Notes under the pieces: model-generated
Seen by the model: the letters and a program-made list of their open reading frames with translations, nothing else
The model's database searches: none
What the model was told of the DNA's origin: nothing
Assembly: GCA_034667685.1 (NCBI GenBank)
Contig: JAXDQU010000015.1
Location: forward strand, 1-22,231
Direction: 5' to 3'
DNA: 22,231 bases
From: Thermoplasmata archaeon
Lineage (GTDB): Archaea; Thermoplasmatota; SW-10-69-26; JACQPN01; JAJPHT01
Shown here: in pieces, positions 8,377 through 16,642 of the stretch
Layout of the letters: each line of letters opens with the position of its first letter
Position numbering within the stretch: position 1 is the first letter of the stretch
Made by a program: the position numbers and the translations under genes

Positions 8377-8550
8377 GTGGACGAGCCCATCCTTCATCAA
8401 GCGCCCTCGCCACGCCGCGTGGCGAAGCTTCGCGCGATGGGCAGCGAAGGCCGGCTCCGGCTGGGCCTTGATCTCACCACGCTCTCCATGGAGTTTGCCC
8501 ATCGCGGAGGGAAGGAAGTTTGGCGGCATCCGCCAGCGAAGTCCTCCTGA
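8377..8550 (+). CDS. Small protein (57 aa) upstream of and overlapping a nucleotidyltransferase; candidate antitoxin or partner, not in ORF track
   Basis: Manual translation from GTG 8377: MDEPILHQAPSPRRVAKLRAMGSEGRLRLGLDLTTLSMEFAHRGGKEVWRHPPAKSS*. ATATA at 8351-8355 is ~22-26 nt upstream (leaderless spacing); overlaps the next gene by 31 nt. Confidence 0.6.
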   Translation: MDEPILHQAPSPRRVAKLRAMGSEGRLRLGLDLTTLSMEFAHRGGKEVWRHPPAKSS

Positions 8551-9077
8551 GCCACGCCATCGCCCTCGAGGAGGCCAAGCTCCCCTTCATGATCGTCGGG
8601 GCCTTCGCCGTGATGGCGCACGGGCTCCCCCGGACCTCGGGCGACCTCGACATCGTCGTCCATCTGCCGTTCGAGCACCGGGACCGCGTGCGCGCGATCC
8701 TCGAGAAGCTCGGCGGCACCGGGATCGAGGAACGGCGCGACGAGTGGGGCAAGCGCATCGTGGCCGACACGCCCTCCGGCTTGGAGGTCGAGGTCTTCTT
8801 CACGCCACCGAACGTCGTCTACGACCGGGAATACGCCCGCCGCAGGGCCGTCCCCGTCACGGGTCGCGCGATCCCATTCATCAGCCCCGAAGACCTCGTG
8901 CTCCGCAAGCTCGTCAACACGCGGTTGCGGCGCGGCCTCGACTACGACGACGCCGTCGGCGTGCTTCGCGTCCAGGGGGAAGCGATCGACCTCGCCTACC
9001 TCCGGGCGCACTGTGTCCTCTACCGCGTCTGCGACCTGCTGGAGCGCGCGATCCAGGACGCCGCGGCCTCAGGCTGA
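8520..9077 (+). CDS. Pol-beta superfamily nucleotidyltransferase (DUF6036 / AbiEii-like) (185 aa)
   Basis: PFMIVGAFAVMAHGLPRTSGDLDIVV (G-A...R.T.DxD signature) and SPEDLVLRKL...R...D..D; TTG start preceded by GGAAGG. Confidence 0.82.
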   Translation: MAASASEVLLSHAIALEEAKLPFMIVGAFAVMAHGLPRTSGDLDIVVHLPFEHRDRVRAILEKLGGTGIEERRDEWGKRIVADTPSGLEVEVFFTPPNVVYDREYARRRAVPVTGRAIPFISPEDLVLRKLVNTRLRRGLDYDDAVGVLRVQGEAIDLAYLRAHCVLYRVCDLLERAIQDAAASG

Positions 9078-9581
9078 AGCCGGCGCCGGCTCGGCGCGGA
9101 GCCACGGCGCGGCGAGCAGGAGCCCGAGCGTCCCCGCGAGCAAGGCCAGAATTGCGCTGATGCGCCCCGAGGCGAGCGTCACCATGAGCGCCGCGAAGTA
9201 GCCCGCGCCCGCGAGGAAGAGCCCGGCGCCCAGCCCCGCGCGCGGGCGCTCGGGCGCGACGCTCCAGGCCAGGGCGCCGCCGGCCGCGAGCGTCCACCCC
9301 GCGAAGACGAGGGCGGAGTCCCAGAGCGGGAGGCGCGTGAGGTCGAGCGCCACGTTGAGCGCCCGCAACGTGGCCTGCGCGACGAGGCCGCCTCCGAGCA
9401 TGGCGAGGCCCGTGGGCGAGGGGAAGCGCCACGCGCCCGCGACCATGACCAGCGCCGCGCCGACGCCCAGGGCGTTGACGCCGACGTAGAGCGCGCCCCG
9501 GTCGCCGCCGGTCGCGACGAAGACGACCTGCATCGCGGCGACCATCGCGAGCCCGAACGTGGCGAGGCGACGCGGCTCCAC
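9069..9581 (-). CDS. Multi-pass membrane protein, hypothetical (170 aa)
   Basis: About 6 hydrophobic helices; GTG start; 9-nt convergent overlap with the NTase gene. Confidence 0.75.
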   Translation of the reverse strand: MEPRRLATFGLAMVAAMQVVFVATGGDRGALYVGVNALGVGAALVMVAGAWRFPSPTGLAMLGGGLVAQATLRALNVALDLTRLPLWDSALVFAGWTLAAGGALAWSVAPERPRAGLGAGLFLAGAGYFAALMVTLASGRISAILALLAGTLGLLLAAPWLRAEPAPASA

Positions 9582-9685
9582 GCGTGGCGCACGCCGGGGC
9601 CCGGTCTTAGCCCTAGGCCAGGATTCAGTGCCGTATCGAGATGCTTCATAGCCACGACGCCCTTTGGCAGCGGCGGGAGTGCGAG

Positions 9686-10654
9686 ATGAGGCCCCAGACC
9701 CCCCGAACGATCGTCGCCCTGACGCTTACCGCCGCCGGCATCGTGCTGGCGCTGGTGGGCGTCGGAGCGTCCCTCGGCTTCGTGCCCACCGGCGTGGCGA
9801 CGCCCGCCGCCCAGGCCGCGCCGCGGGCCGACGTCGCGCCCGGCGGCCTGGTGGCCGACGTCGGCGTCACGCTCCACGCGCTGGGCGTCGAGAAGTCGCC
9901 CACGCTCCACCTCGACCCGCAGGCCACGCGCGGCGCCGCGCTGCCCAGCGTCCGGGTCGACCGCAGCGTGGGCACGGCCGGCACGTCCGTCCCCGTCGAC
10001 CTCGACGCCCGCCTCGCGCTCGGGACCGGCGCCGCCACGACCCGCGACGCGCCCGCGGACGCCTCCACCGCGAGCGCGCAGGTCGCCAGCCTCCCCGTGC
10101 TCCACCCCGGGGCGACGGCCGCGGCGGCCGCGGTCGCGTTCGCGGGCGCCGGGCTCCTCGCCTACTTCTGGGCCACGATCAAGAAGGCCATCGCGCTCCC
10201 TCTGGTCGCATTGTACGCCAAGATCAGCCGCGCGGAGGTGTTCGAGAACGCCGTGCGCGAGCGCATCTTCCAGGCGATCCGCGACCACCCGGGCCTCTCC
10301 GCCAGCGACCTCGCGCAGCGCGCGGGCGTCGCGTGGGGCACCACCATCTACCACCTGGACGTGCTCGAGCAGACGCGCATGGTCACGAGCCTCCGCGAGG
10401 GGCGCCACCGCCGCTACTTCGAGAACGGGGCGCAGCTCTCCGCCGCGAAGGAGACCGTCGCGATCCTCCAGAACCCCGTCACGGCGCAGATCGCCCAGAC
10501 CGTGCAGACGATGCCGGGCCTGACGCAGAAGGACCTCGCCCAGGCGACGGGCCTCACGCCCCAGGCGCTCCACTGGCACCTCCTGCGCCTCGTCAAGACC
10601 GGCGTCGTGCGCAAGCAGCGCGAGGGGCGCGTCGTGCGCCACTTCAGCGGCTGA
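9686..10654 (+). CDS. Membrane-anchored winged helix-turn-helix transcriptional regulator with two wHTH domains (~322 aa)
   Basis: N-terminal signal/TM (IVALTLTAAGIVLALVGVGASLGF), Ala/Thr-rich ectodomain, second TM (AAAAAVAFAGAGLLAYFW), then LYAKI...RERIFQAIRDHPGLSASDLA...TIYHLDVL and PGLTQKDLA...LHWHLLRL. GGGAG upstream of ATG 9686. Confidence 0.85.
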   Translation: MRPQTPRTIVALTLTAAGIVLALVGVGASLGFVPTGVATPAAQAAPRADVAPGGLVADVGVTLHALGVEKSPTLHLDPQATRGAALPSVRVDRSVGTAGTSVPVDLDARLALGTGAATTRDAPADASTASAQVASLPVLHPGATAAAAAVAFAGAGLLAYFWATIKKAIALPLVALYAKISRAEVFENAVRERIFQAIRDHPGLSASDLAQRAGVAWGTTIYHLDVLEQTRMVTSLREGRHRRYFENGAQLSAAKETVAILQNPVTAQIAQTVQTMPGLTQKDLAQATGLTPQALHWHLLRLVKTGVVRKQREGRVVRHFSG

Positions 10655-10700
10655 CCCGGCTCCGCATCCACAATGCTGATGAGCCAAGCCCCGCCGTACC

Positions 10701-11804
10701 GTGGCCGTGCAGCGTCGGGCCCCGGTGCTCCTTCTCGTTGTCCTGCTCGCCGCGGTCCCGATGGCGGGCTGCACGGGCCTGGGCTCGGCGACCACGAACG
10801 GCTACGGCGAGGGCGCCTGGACCCTCCACATGATCCAGGCCGACACGCTGCACAACGCGGGCCTGAGCGGCAAGGGGATCAAGGTCGCCATCATCGACAC
10901 GGGCATCGACCTGAACCACGACGAGTTCCGCGGCGTGCAGATCGAGTGGGCCGACCTCGTGAACAACCAGAAGACCGCCTACGACGACAACGGCCACGGC
11001 AGCCACGTCGCGGGCATCGTCGCGGCGCAGGGCACGTGGAAGACCGTGTTCAACGGCTACCGCCTCAAGGGCGTCTCGCCCGGCGTCTCGCTGATCGTCA
11101 TCAAGGCCATCGACGCGTCGGGGCACGGCGACGAGAGCCGCGTCGCGCAGGGCGTCACCACCGCCGTCTCGGCGGGCGCCAACGTCATCGTGCTCTCCCT
11201 GGGCGGCGACACGCGCGCGATCTTCGGCACCAACACCGAGGGCGCCGTGAAGCAGGCCATCTCGCAGGGCGTGTTCGTCGTCGCGGCCGCGGGCAACGTG
11301 GACAAGGACAGCGGCGAGACGAGCTGCACCGTCACGAGCCCCGCGAGCGTCGATGGCGTCATCGCGGTGGGCGCCGTCGCGCGCAACGAGAGCATCGCGT
11401 CGTTCTCGTGCCACGGCACGGGCAGCACCGGAGGCGGGGGCTCGCTGCCCATCGGCGGCCTGCGCAACCCGAGCCCCGGCACCCCCTCGCAGGACCCGGA
11501 CAAGAAGCCCGAGGTCGTGGCGCCCGGCGTTGATATCACCAGCGCGTGGAAGGACGGCGGCTACGCCATCGCGCAGGGCACCAGCCAGGCCGCGCCGATG
11601 GTGGGCGGCATCCTCGCGCTGATGCTGGAGAAGCACCCCGAGCTGAAGAACCGCAATGCCGCCACCGTCGAGCGCGTGAAGGGCGCGCTGGAGGCCAGCT
11701 CGAAGAAGATCGGGCCGCTCGCCGGGCAGGGCGCCACCGCGCACGACGACTCCTATGGATACGGGCTCGTGCAGGGCGACGCGCTGATGCGGGCGCTGGG
11801 CTGA
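10701..11804 (+). CDS. S8 (subtilisin-like) serine peptidase, lipoprotein (367 aa)
   Basis: Catalytic triad motifs IIDTGID, HGSHVAG, GTSQAAP; oxyanion AAAGN; lipobox MAGC after a hydrophobic signal. Confidence 0.93.
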   Translation: MAVQRRAPVLLLVVLLAAVPMAGCTGLGSATTNGYGEGAWTLHMIQADTLHNAGLSGKGIKVAIIDTGIDLNHDEFRGVQIEWADLVNNQKTAYDDNGHGSHVAGIVAAQGTWKTVFNGYRLKGVSPGVSLIVIKAIDASGHGDESRVAQGVTTAVSAGANVIVLSLGGDTRAIFGTNTEGAVKQAISQGVFVVAAAGNVDKDSGETSCTVTSPASVDGVIAVGAVARNESIASFSCHGTGSTGGGGSLPIGGLRNPSPGTPSQDPDKKPEVVAPGVDITSAWKDGGYAIAQGTSQAAPMVGGILALMLEKHPELKNRNAATVERVKGALEASSKKIGPLAGQGATAHDDSYGYGLVQGDALMRALG

Positions 11805-11820
11805 CCGGCCGGGCGCGCGC

Positions 11821-12144
11821 TCAATCCGCGTCCTCGTCCGTCACCCGCACGCGCATGGAGCCCATCGCGTCGAGCCACGGCCGGATGCTGTACGTCAGCA
11901 CGCCCTCCTTCACCGCGGGGTCCTGCGCCGCGAACGCCTCCGCCTGCTCGGCGTCGAGGCGCGCGACCATCATCCCCCCGCTATCATCGAGGAACGGGCC
12001 GCCGTGCGCGAGCGCGCCCTCCGTGAGCAGCGCCATCCAGTGCGCGACGTGCCCGCGGATCCCGGGCTGGTCGCCGAAGGCCGTTCCCTCCTGCCACTTC
12101 GGACCGGGCGCGTGCATCACGACATGGTAGACGGGGCTGGGCAT
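11821..12144 (-). CDS. YciI-family protein (~107 aa)
   Basis: H..HW..L...G.L..GGPFLDDSGGMMV...AEAFAAQDPAVKEGV...IRPW pattern; ATG 12144 preferred as start. Confidence 0.85.
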   Translation of the reverse strand: MPSPVYHVVMHAPGPKWQEGTAFGDQPGIRGHVAHWMALLTEGALAHGGPFLDDSGGMMVARLDAEQAEAFAAQDPAVKEGVLTYSIRPWLDAMGSMRVRVTDEDAD

Positions 12145-12259
12145 GCGCCGCGATCGCACGGCTCCCGCATAGCGTTGGTTGCATCGACGAACGATTCCGC
12201 GCTCCGTTCGAGAACGGCTTTTCCTTCAGGCGGCCACCGCCCGGCTGAAGGTGGTAACC

Positions 12260-12607
12260 GTGAAGGATTCCCTCACCCCCGCTGATCGCCCTGAGGGCGC
12301 GTTTGTCGAAGCCGGCCGCCGCGGCGGCGAGACGGTCAAGGAGCGCTACGGCACGCCCTTCTTCCAGACCATCGGGCGCCTCGGCGCGGAGCGCGGGGCC
12401 GAGAAGGGTGGCGAGGCCCGCAAGAAGGAGCTGGGCTCCGAGGGGTACGCCAACCTGGGACGGATGGGCGGCAAGGCCGTCTTCGAGAAGCGCGGCCGCG
12501 AGCACATGCGCGAGATCGGCCGCAAGGGTGGCAAGGCGCGCGTGGCGCAGAGCAAGGCCGTGGAGTCGAACGCCTTGCCTGCGCCCAGCCCTGAGGTCGA
12601 ATCGTGA
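12260..12607 (+). CDS. KGG-repeat general stress protein (GsiB/Em/YciG-like) (~115 aa)
   Basis: Repeats EAGRRGGE, IGRLG, LGRMGG, HMREIGRKGG; GTG 12260 preceded by AGGTGG. Confidence 0.8.
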   Translation: MKDSLTPADRPEGAFVEAGRRGGETVKERYGTPFFQTIGRLGAERGAEKGGEARKKELGSEGYANLGRMGGKAVFEKRGREHMREIGRKGGKARVAQSKAVESNALPAPSPEVES

Positions 12608-12900
12608 GCGAGGACGCGCCTGAGACGAAGCGCCCCATGACGCTGGCCGAAGCCGGGCGGAAGGGGGGCGAGAAGGTCAAGAAGGAGCGCGGCCTCGACT
12701 TCTACGCCGAGATCGGGCGCAAGGGCGGGCGCCGTGTTGCCAAGGAGCACGGCCCGTCGTTCTACGCCGAGATCGGCCGGAAGGGGGGCGAAGCCCGCAG
12801 GGCTCCGCCCGAGGGTGGCGTCCGGAGCGAAGCTGCGGGCGGCACGCGTCGGAAGGACTCGAACGCGCCCTTCGCCGAGGACAAGGACGAGAACGCCTGA
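12604..12900 (+). CDS. KGG-repeat general stress protein (98 aa)
   Basis: MTLAEAGRKGGE and two copies of FYAEIGRKGG; GTGA start/stop overlap with the upstream gene. Confidence 0.88.
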   Translation: MSEDAPETKRPMTLAEAGRKGGEKVKKERGLDFYAEIGRKGGRRVAKEHGPSFYAEIGRKGGEARRAPPEGGVRSEAAGGTRRKDSNAPFAEDKDENA

Positions 12901-12904
12901 CCGA

Positions 12905-12944
12905 TTCGAGGCCGCCGCCGCTCGTTTCCCGCGGCGACTTCGAA
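12905..12944 (+). terminator. Hairpin after the KGG pair, possible terminator
   Basis: TTCGAGGCCGCCGC ... GCGGCGACTTCGAA, an imperfect 14-bp stem immediately after the stop at 12900. Confidence 0.35.
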
Positions 12945-12971
12945 GGCTTCTTGCCAAGGGCGCCGCGGCAC

Positions 12972-13002
12972 TACAAATACGTCCGCGATATATTCATATA
13001 GG
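12972..13002 (+). promoter_or_regulatory. AT-rich archaeal promoter region (TATA-like) for gar1-tfb
   Basis: TACAAATAC...GATATATTCATATAGG stands out in a GC-rich background, 55-80 nt upstream of the gar1 ATG. Confidence 0.6.
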
Positions 13003-13054
13003 ACAGCGAGAGTAGGATGGCTAACCCGGCCCCAGGTCGGGAGGAAGCCCCTTC

Positions 13055-13300
13055 ATGGCGAAACCCCAAGCCCGCAAGTTCGAGCCCTTGGGGGTCGTCG
13101 TCGATGCGACCGAGCGCGGCCTGCTCGTCAAGGCCCCGCAGATGGTCCCCATCGGCACGCCCGTCGTGGACGTCCGGAACCAGCCCGTCGGCCGCGTGGC
13201 CGACGTGATCGGCCCGGTCAAGGCGCCCTTCCTCCTGGTCAAGGCCGGCAAGGGCGCGAACGCGATGCGGCTCCTCAACCGCGAAGTGTTCACGTCCTAG
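13055..13300 (+). CDS. gar1: H/ACA ribonucleoprotein subunit Gar1/Naf1 family (81 aa)
   Basis: LGVV...GLLV...PIGTPVVD...[19 protein letters not shown]; the position directly upstream of tfb is a known conserved euryarchaeal arrangement. Confidence 0.88.
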   Translation: MAKPQARKFEPLGVVVDATERGLLVKAPQMVPIGTPVVDVRNQPVGRVADVIGPVKAPFLLVKAGKGANAMRLLNREVFTS

Positions 13301-13316
13301 ACGGAGAGCGACCCCG

Positions 13317-14264
13317 ATGCCGCCCCAAGACAAGAAGGATGCCCAGGAACAGGTCGAAGAGATCACCCAGTGCCCCGAATGCGGGTCGAAGCAGATCGCC
13401 CGCGACTACGAACGAGGCGAGCTGGTGTGCCAATCCTGCGGCCTCGTCCTGGACGAGCACTTCATCGACCAAGGGCCCGAGTGGCGCGCCTTCGACCACG
13501 AGCAGCGCGAGAAGCGCGCCCGCGTCGGCGCCCCCATGACGTACACGATCCACGACAAGGGTCTCTCCACGGAGATCGGCTGGCGCAACAAGGACTCGTA
13601 CGGCAAGAACATCCCCACGAAGTCCCGCGCGCAGCTCTACCGCCTCCGCAAGTGGCAGCGCCGCATCCGTGTCAGCAACGCGACCGAGCGCAACCTCGCC
13701 TTCGCCCTCTCCGAGCTGGACCGCATGGCCAGCCGCATGGGTCTCCCCCGCAACGTGCGTGAGACCGCGGCCATGGTCTACCGGCGCGCCGTGCAGAAGA
13801 ACCTCATCCGCGGCCGTTCGATCGAAGGTGTCGCCGCGGCCTCGCTGTACGCCGCGTGCCGCCAGTGCAACGTGCCCCGCACGCTCGACGAGATCGCGGA
13901 CGCTTCCCGCGTGAGCAGGAAGGAGATCGGCCGCACGTACCGCTTCATCGCGCGTGAGCTGAAGCTGAAGCTGATGCCCACGAGCCCGATCGACTACATC
14001 CCGCGCTTCTGCTCCGAGCTGAAGCTCAGCGGCGAGATCCAGGCGAAGGCCGTGGAGATCCTCAAGCAGGCCGCCGACAAGGAGCTGACGTCGGGTCGCG
14101 GCCCGACCGGTGTCGCGGCGGCGGCGCTCTACATCTCGTCGATCCTGTGCGGCGAGCGCCGCACGCAGCGCGAGGTGGCCGACGTGGCGGGCGTGACCGA
14201 GGTCACGATCCGCAACCGGTACAAGGAGCTCGCCGAGAAGCTCGACATCGACATCATCCTGTGA
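13317..14264 (+). CDS. tfb: Transcription initiation factor IIB (315 aa)
   Basis: Zn ribbon CPECGS...CQSCG, B-reader GPEWRAF, two cyclin repeats ([28 protein letters not shown]), [12 protein letters not shown]. Confidence 0.98.
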   Translation: MPPQDKKDAQEQVEEITQCPECGSKQIARDYERGELVCQSCGLVLDEHFIDQGPEWRAFDHEQREKRARVGAPMTYTIHDKGLSTEIGWRNKDSYGKNIPTKSRAQLYRLRKWQRRIRVSNATERNLAFALSELDRMASRMGLPRNVRETAAMVYRRAVQKNLIRGRSIEGVAAASLYAACRQCNVPRTLDEIADASRVSRKEIGRTYRFIARELKLKLMPTSPIDYIPRFCSELKLSGEIQAKAVEILKQAADKELTSGRGPTGVAAAALYISSILCGERRTQREVADVAGVTEVTIRNRYKELAEKLDIDIIL

Positions 14265-14327
14265 GTCCGCGCGCGGCTTCGCACGCGGCTTCGGCAAGCT
14301 GAAGTCCCCGCGTGCCGCTCGCCGCTC

Positions 14328-14705
14328 ATGTCCTCCAGGATCCTCGTCGTCCCGCCTGACGCCCTTCGCCCCGCGCCCATGCCGACGCCGGGCGTCGTGC
14401 GCGAGGTCGCGTTCGACCTCGAGCGCGCGATGATGGTGCGCGCACGCGCCGAGCCGCGAGCCGCGTCGAGCTGGCACCACCACGGCGACCGCGATGTCTT
14501 CGGGCACCTCCTGCGCGGCCGCGCGCGCTTCGAGTTCGGCCCAGGCGGGCGCGAGTGGGCCGAGGTCGAGGCGGGCGGCTTCTTCCACGTCCCGCGCGGG
14601 CTCGTGCATCGGGACGTGAACCCCACGGACGAACCGCAGGAGTTCGCCCTGACCTTCGTGGGGAGCGGGCCGCTCGTCGTCAACGTCGATGGGGCGGCTC
14701 GGTGA
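14328..14705 (+). CDS. Cupin domain protein (125 aa)
   Basis: SSWHHHG...G.ARFEFG...AGGFFHVPRGLVHRDVNP cupin motifs 1 and 2. Confidence 0.88.
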   Translation: MSSRILVVPPDALRPAPMPTPGVVREVAFDLERAMMVRARAEPRAASSWHHHGDRDVFGHLLRGRARFEFGPGGREWAEVEAGGFFHVPRGLVHRDVNPTDEPQEFALTFVGSGPLVVNVDGAAR

Positions 14706-14747
14706 CGGTCGCGGCGTGGATCGTCGCCCAACGTTTCCGGCGCCCTC

Positions 14748-15167
14748 ATGCGCCCGGGCGCCAACGCCCTGCGCGTGCGCCTCCTCCTGCTCGCGCTCGT
14801 CCTCGCCCTCGCCGGCTGCCTGAGCGCGCCGGCCCCCGCGCCATCTACGTCCGGCTCGGGAATCTTCGGCACCGCGATGCTCGGCCCGACGTGCCCCGTG
14901 GAGCGCGCCCCGCCCGACCCCGCGTGCGCGGACAGGCCCTTCGCGGGCAACCTCACCGTGACGAGCGCGGACGGCGCGACCTCCCTCGCGCGATTCGTGA
15001 CGCGCGCCGACGGCACGTTCAACGTCACGCTCGCGCCGGGCACGTACGCGATCCGCGGCGCGGAGAATCCCAACGGCCTGCCGCGGTGCGCGAGCGACGG
15101 CCCCTTCACGGTGCGCGCGGGCGCGTGGACGGAGGTCAACGTCTCGTGCGACACGGGGATCCGGTGA
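14748..15167 (+). CDS. Lipoprotein with prealbumin / carboxypeptidase-regulatory-like beta domain (139 aa)
   Basis: Lipobox LAGC; GPTCPVE...C, DGTFNVTLAPGTY, C-terminal CDTGIR. Confidence 0.8.
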   Translation: MRPGANALRVRLLLLALVLALAGCLSAPAPAPSTSGSGIFGTAMLGPTCPVERAPPDPACADRPFAGNLTVTSADGATSLARFVTRADGTFNVTLAPGTYAIRGAENPNGLPRCASDGPFTVRAGAWTEVNVSCDTGIR

Positions 15168-15170
15168 TCT

Positions 15171-15995
15171 CTAGTCGCGCCGCGCGAGGGCGACGTGCGC
15201 CTCGCTGGGCAGCGTGATGGGCCCGTCGCCGAACTCGGCGCGCAGGTCGCTCAGGAGACGCGCGTGGACGCGCTCGCGCTGCTCGGGCGTGAGGCGCTCC
15301 AGGAGGCTCGTGAAGACCGGTGAGGAGGGCGCGAAGTCGCGCCACACGCTCTCGGGCGTGGGGAACGTGAAGGCGTGCGTCACGGTCTCGATGCGCACGT
15401 CGCCAAGGCCAGCCTCGGTCATCTCGCGCTCGATCTGCTTGGCGTCGCGCAGGCTGAAGACCGCGGGCGGCGAGGCCGGCTTGGGAAGCTCGGGCAGCGC
15501 CTTCTGCACGGGGTCCGAGAGCACCGTCACGGCGCGCACGCGGGCCGGCTCGCTCCACGTCGCGACGACCGCGCGGCCTCCGGGCTTGAGCACGCGGCGC
15601 ATCTCGCGGAATCCCTGCACGCGATCGGGGAAGAAGATCAGGCCGAAGACGGAGCCGGCGACGTCGAACGACGCGTCGGGAAGGTCGAGCTTCTGGCCGT
15701 CCATCACGCGCGCCTCGACGTGGGCGACGTGCTCGCGCGCGGCGCGGGCCTTCAGGCGCTCGACCATCGCGGGCGCGAAGTCCGTCGCGAGCACGCGGGC
15801 GCCGCGCTTGGCGGCGAGCCAGGTGAACGCGCCCGTGCCCGCGGCCACGTCCAGCACGCGCTCGCCCGCGCGCACGTCCGCGAGCCGGAGCGCGTCGTCC
15901 GCGTAGCGCGAGGTCGTGGGCGCGATCATCCGCTCGTAGGCGTCCGCGGCCGCGTCCCAGCCCTGGGGAACGCGGTCCGACGTGGGGGCCGTCAT
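15171..15995 (-). CDS. Class I SAM-dependent methyltransferase (UbiE-like) (274 aa)
   Basis: VLDVAAGTG motif I, DFAPAM, MDGQKLDLPDASFDV, RRVLKPGG; start placed at ATG 15995 (MTAPTS), not 16232. Confidence 0.9.
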   Translation of the reverse strand: MTAPTSDRVPQGWDAAADAYERMIAPTTSRYADDALRLADVRAGERVLDVAAGTGAFTWLAAKRGARVLATDFAPAMVERLKARAAREHVAHVEARVMDGQKLDLPDASFDVAGSVFGLIFFPDRVQGFREMRRVLKPGGRAVVATWSEPARVRAVTVLSDPVQKALPELPKPASPPAVFSLRDAKQIEREMTEAGLGDVRIETVTHAFTFPTPESVWRDFAPSSPVFTSLLERLTPEQRERVHARLLSDLRAEFGDGPITLPSEAHVALARRD

Positions 15996-16052
15996 GCGCG
16001 CCGCAGCGCCACCCCGGAGCAAAGCTGGGTCGTGCGCCCGGGCGACCACGTC

Positions 16053-16211
16053 CTGGGGAAGGAGGGCGTCTTCGCGGGCACGAGCGCCGGGCTCGACGCC
16101 GCCGCCGCGCGCAAGGTCGCCGCCGCGCTGCCGCCGGAGGCCGTGGTCCTCACGATCGCCATCGACACGGGGCGGAAGCACCTCGCGGGCGACTTGTACC
16201 GCTTCGCGTGA
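16053..16211 (+). pseudogene. C-terminal remnant of a PLP-dependent cysteine synthase family gene
   Basis: LGKEGVFAGTSAGLDAAAARKVAAALPPEAVVLTIAIDTGRKHLAGDLY aligns by eye with the CysK/CBS C-terminus (compare EGIFAGGSAGSAVAGA...PDAVCVIILADSGSRY in cbs). No PLP-lysine region lies upstream. Confidence 0.7.
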
Positions 16212-16298
16212 GCCCTTGTGCCTTTCGTCCATACTTCGGGGCCGGCGCGCGACGTATCGACGCAGGCTCGATCCGCTGGGAGGGCAAACCGTCGCGCG

Positions 16299-16634
16299 AT
16301 GAGCGCGCTGCGTGCCCTGCTCGCCTTCCTCCTCGGCCTCCCCCTGGGCGCGAGCGCGCTCATCGTCCTCGCCTCGCCCCCGCTCTCGGGGCTGCTCCCG
16401 GCCGCCGCGCTGCCCGCCGTGCGGTCATGGGCCGCGCCGCTCTTCGCGCTCGTGGCGCGCCTGCCGCCCGACTCGCCCGCCGGCCGCGCGTTCTACGCCT
16501 CCTACGCGCCCCTCGTGCCGATCTTCGGCGCCGGCGCGCTCGCGGCCCATGCCCTCCTGCTCTCGCTCCCGGTCGTCGCGCTGCTCGTCGCGGTGCTGCG
16601 CGTCGGGAAACGCTCTTGCGTGCCCGCGCCGTGA
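16299..16634 (+). CDS. Small membrane protein, hypothetical (~111 aa)
   Basis: Leu/Ala-rich hydrophobic segments starting at ATG 16299; ends 8 nt before the next gene. Confidence 0.6.
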   Translation: MSALRALLAFLLGLPLGASALIVLASPPLSGLLPAAALPAVRSWAAPLFALVARLPPDSPAGRAFYASYAPLVPIFGAGALAAHALLLSLPVVALLVAVLRVGKRSCVPAP

Positions 16635-16642
16635 CGCGCGCG

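Noticed and set aside
8520-9077. MNT-HEPN or CBASS cyclase interpretation of the NTase
   Set aside because: No HEPN RxxxxH partner or CBASS effector is adjacent, and the length and motifs fit a DUF6036/AbiEii-like family better.
12900-13054. H/ACA guide RNA next to gar1
   Set aside because: No convincing K-turn hairpin followed by an ACA box; the region is explained by a terminator-like hairpin and a promoter.
14265-14310. Direct repeat CGCGGCTTCG twice after tfb
   Set aside because: Only two 10-bp GC-rich copies; could be chance or part of a terminator.
15996-16232. N-terminal extension of the methyltransferase given in the ORF track
   Set aside because: It is the antisense of the cysteine-synthase remnant; the methyltransferase-like sequence starts at ATG 15995.
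16208-16642. N-terminal extension of the DUF1801 ORF (288 aa in the track)
   Set aside because: Arg-rich off-frame reading of the upstream membrane gene; ATG 16643 is the plausible start.
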